Shown here: positions 63,902 through 64,000 of the stretch, piece by piece
How the letters are laid out: the number at the start of each line of letters is the position of its first letter
How positions within the stretch are numbered: the first letter of the stretch is position 1
Origin: a virus
Taxonomy: Duplodnaviria; Caudoviricetes
DNA: 64,000 bases
IMG/VR virus record: IMGVR_UViG_3300020050_007362
Location: 11,369 to 75,368 of that record
Direction: 5' to 3' (one strand)
Position numbers and translations under genes: made by a program
Notes under the pieces: generated by a model
What the model was told of the DNA's origin: nothing
Databases searched by the model: none
Seen by the model: the letters and a program-made list of their open reading frames with translations, nothing else

Positions 63902-64000
63902 GTGCTTTTTCTACTCTTCTTATCCATCTAATGACGTATCTGACTTGATGATCGTCCATATTTTCAACAACCCCTTCTTTATCAAGAGCATATATAACAT

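Noticed and set aside
1-64000. Alternative genetic code (stop-codon reassignment)
   Set aside because: Standard code 11 gives dense, tightly coupled ORFs including a 10.6-kb gene; only two local frame breaks were found.
1-64000. tRNA/rRNA genes, integrase, DNA polymerase
   Set aside because: No cloverleaf or T-loop signature or matching protein motifs were noticed; tRNAscan-SE and HMM searches are needed to be sure.

Overview
The window is about 64 kb of a dsDNA tailed phage genome, probably podovirus-type: no tail tube, sheath or tape-measure gene was recognised. No tRNA, rRNA, CRISPR array or reverse transcriptase was seen. The minus strand from ~45.8 kb down to 72 carries a lysis/packaging/morphogenesis arm: TerS, GH24 endolysin, TerL, a portal with an odd C-terminal extension, Rha, scaffold, an N4-gp56-type major capsid protein, adaptor, many tail/adhesin genes, putative ejection proteins and a 3539-aa large polyvalent protein (InPase, two zincin motifs, ART-PolyVal-like, PLxRFG). 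Two free-standing homing endonucleases sit in this arm. A largely non-coding block at 45.85-48.1 kb holds inverted repeats, palindromes and two tandem arrays (14-bp x11, 11-bp x9) and looks like a genome end/origin junction. On the plus strand, 48.1-55.1 kb is a compositionally distinct set of small early-type genes. These are punctuated by a covarying hairpin (GGCC or GCGCC stem, AAGGAC loop; 7 copies), a TTAGCA-N10-TGCTAA dyad (3 copies), an AACCGAAGAGG start-associated sequence (7 copies) and GCCGACAAC repeats that bracket a serine recombinase; this repeat grammar is the most novel-looking system here. A dUTPase and many small paralogous hypothetical genes follow, converging at ~60.9 kb. 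No DNA polymerase, primase or helicase is in this window, and the host cannot be determined. All family assignments come from remembered motifs, not database searches.
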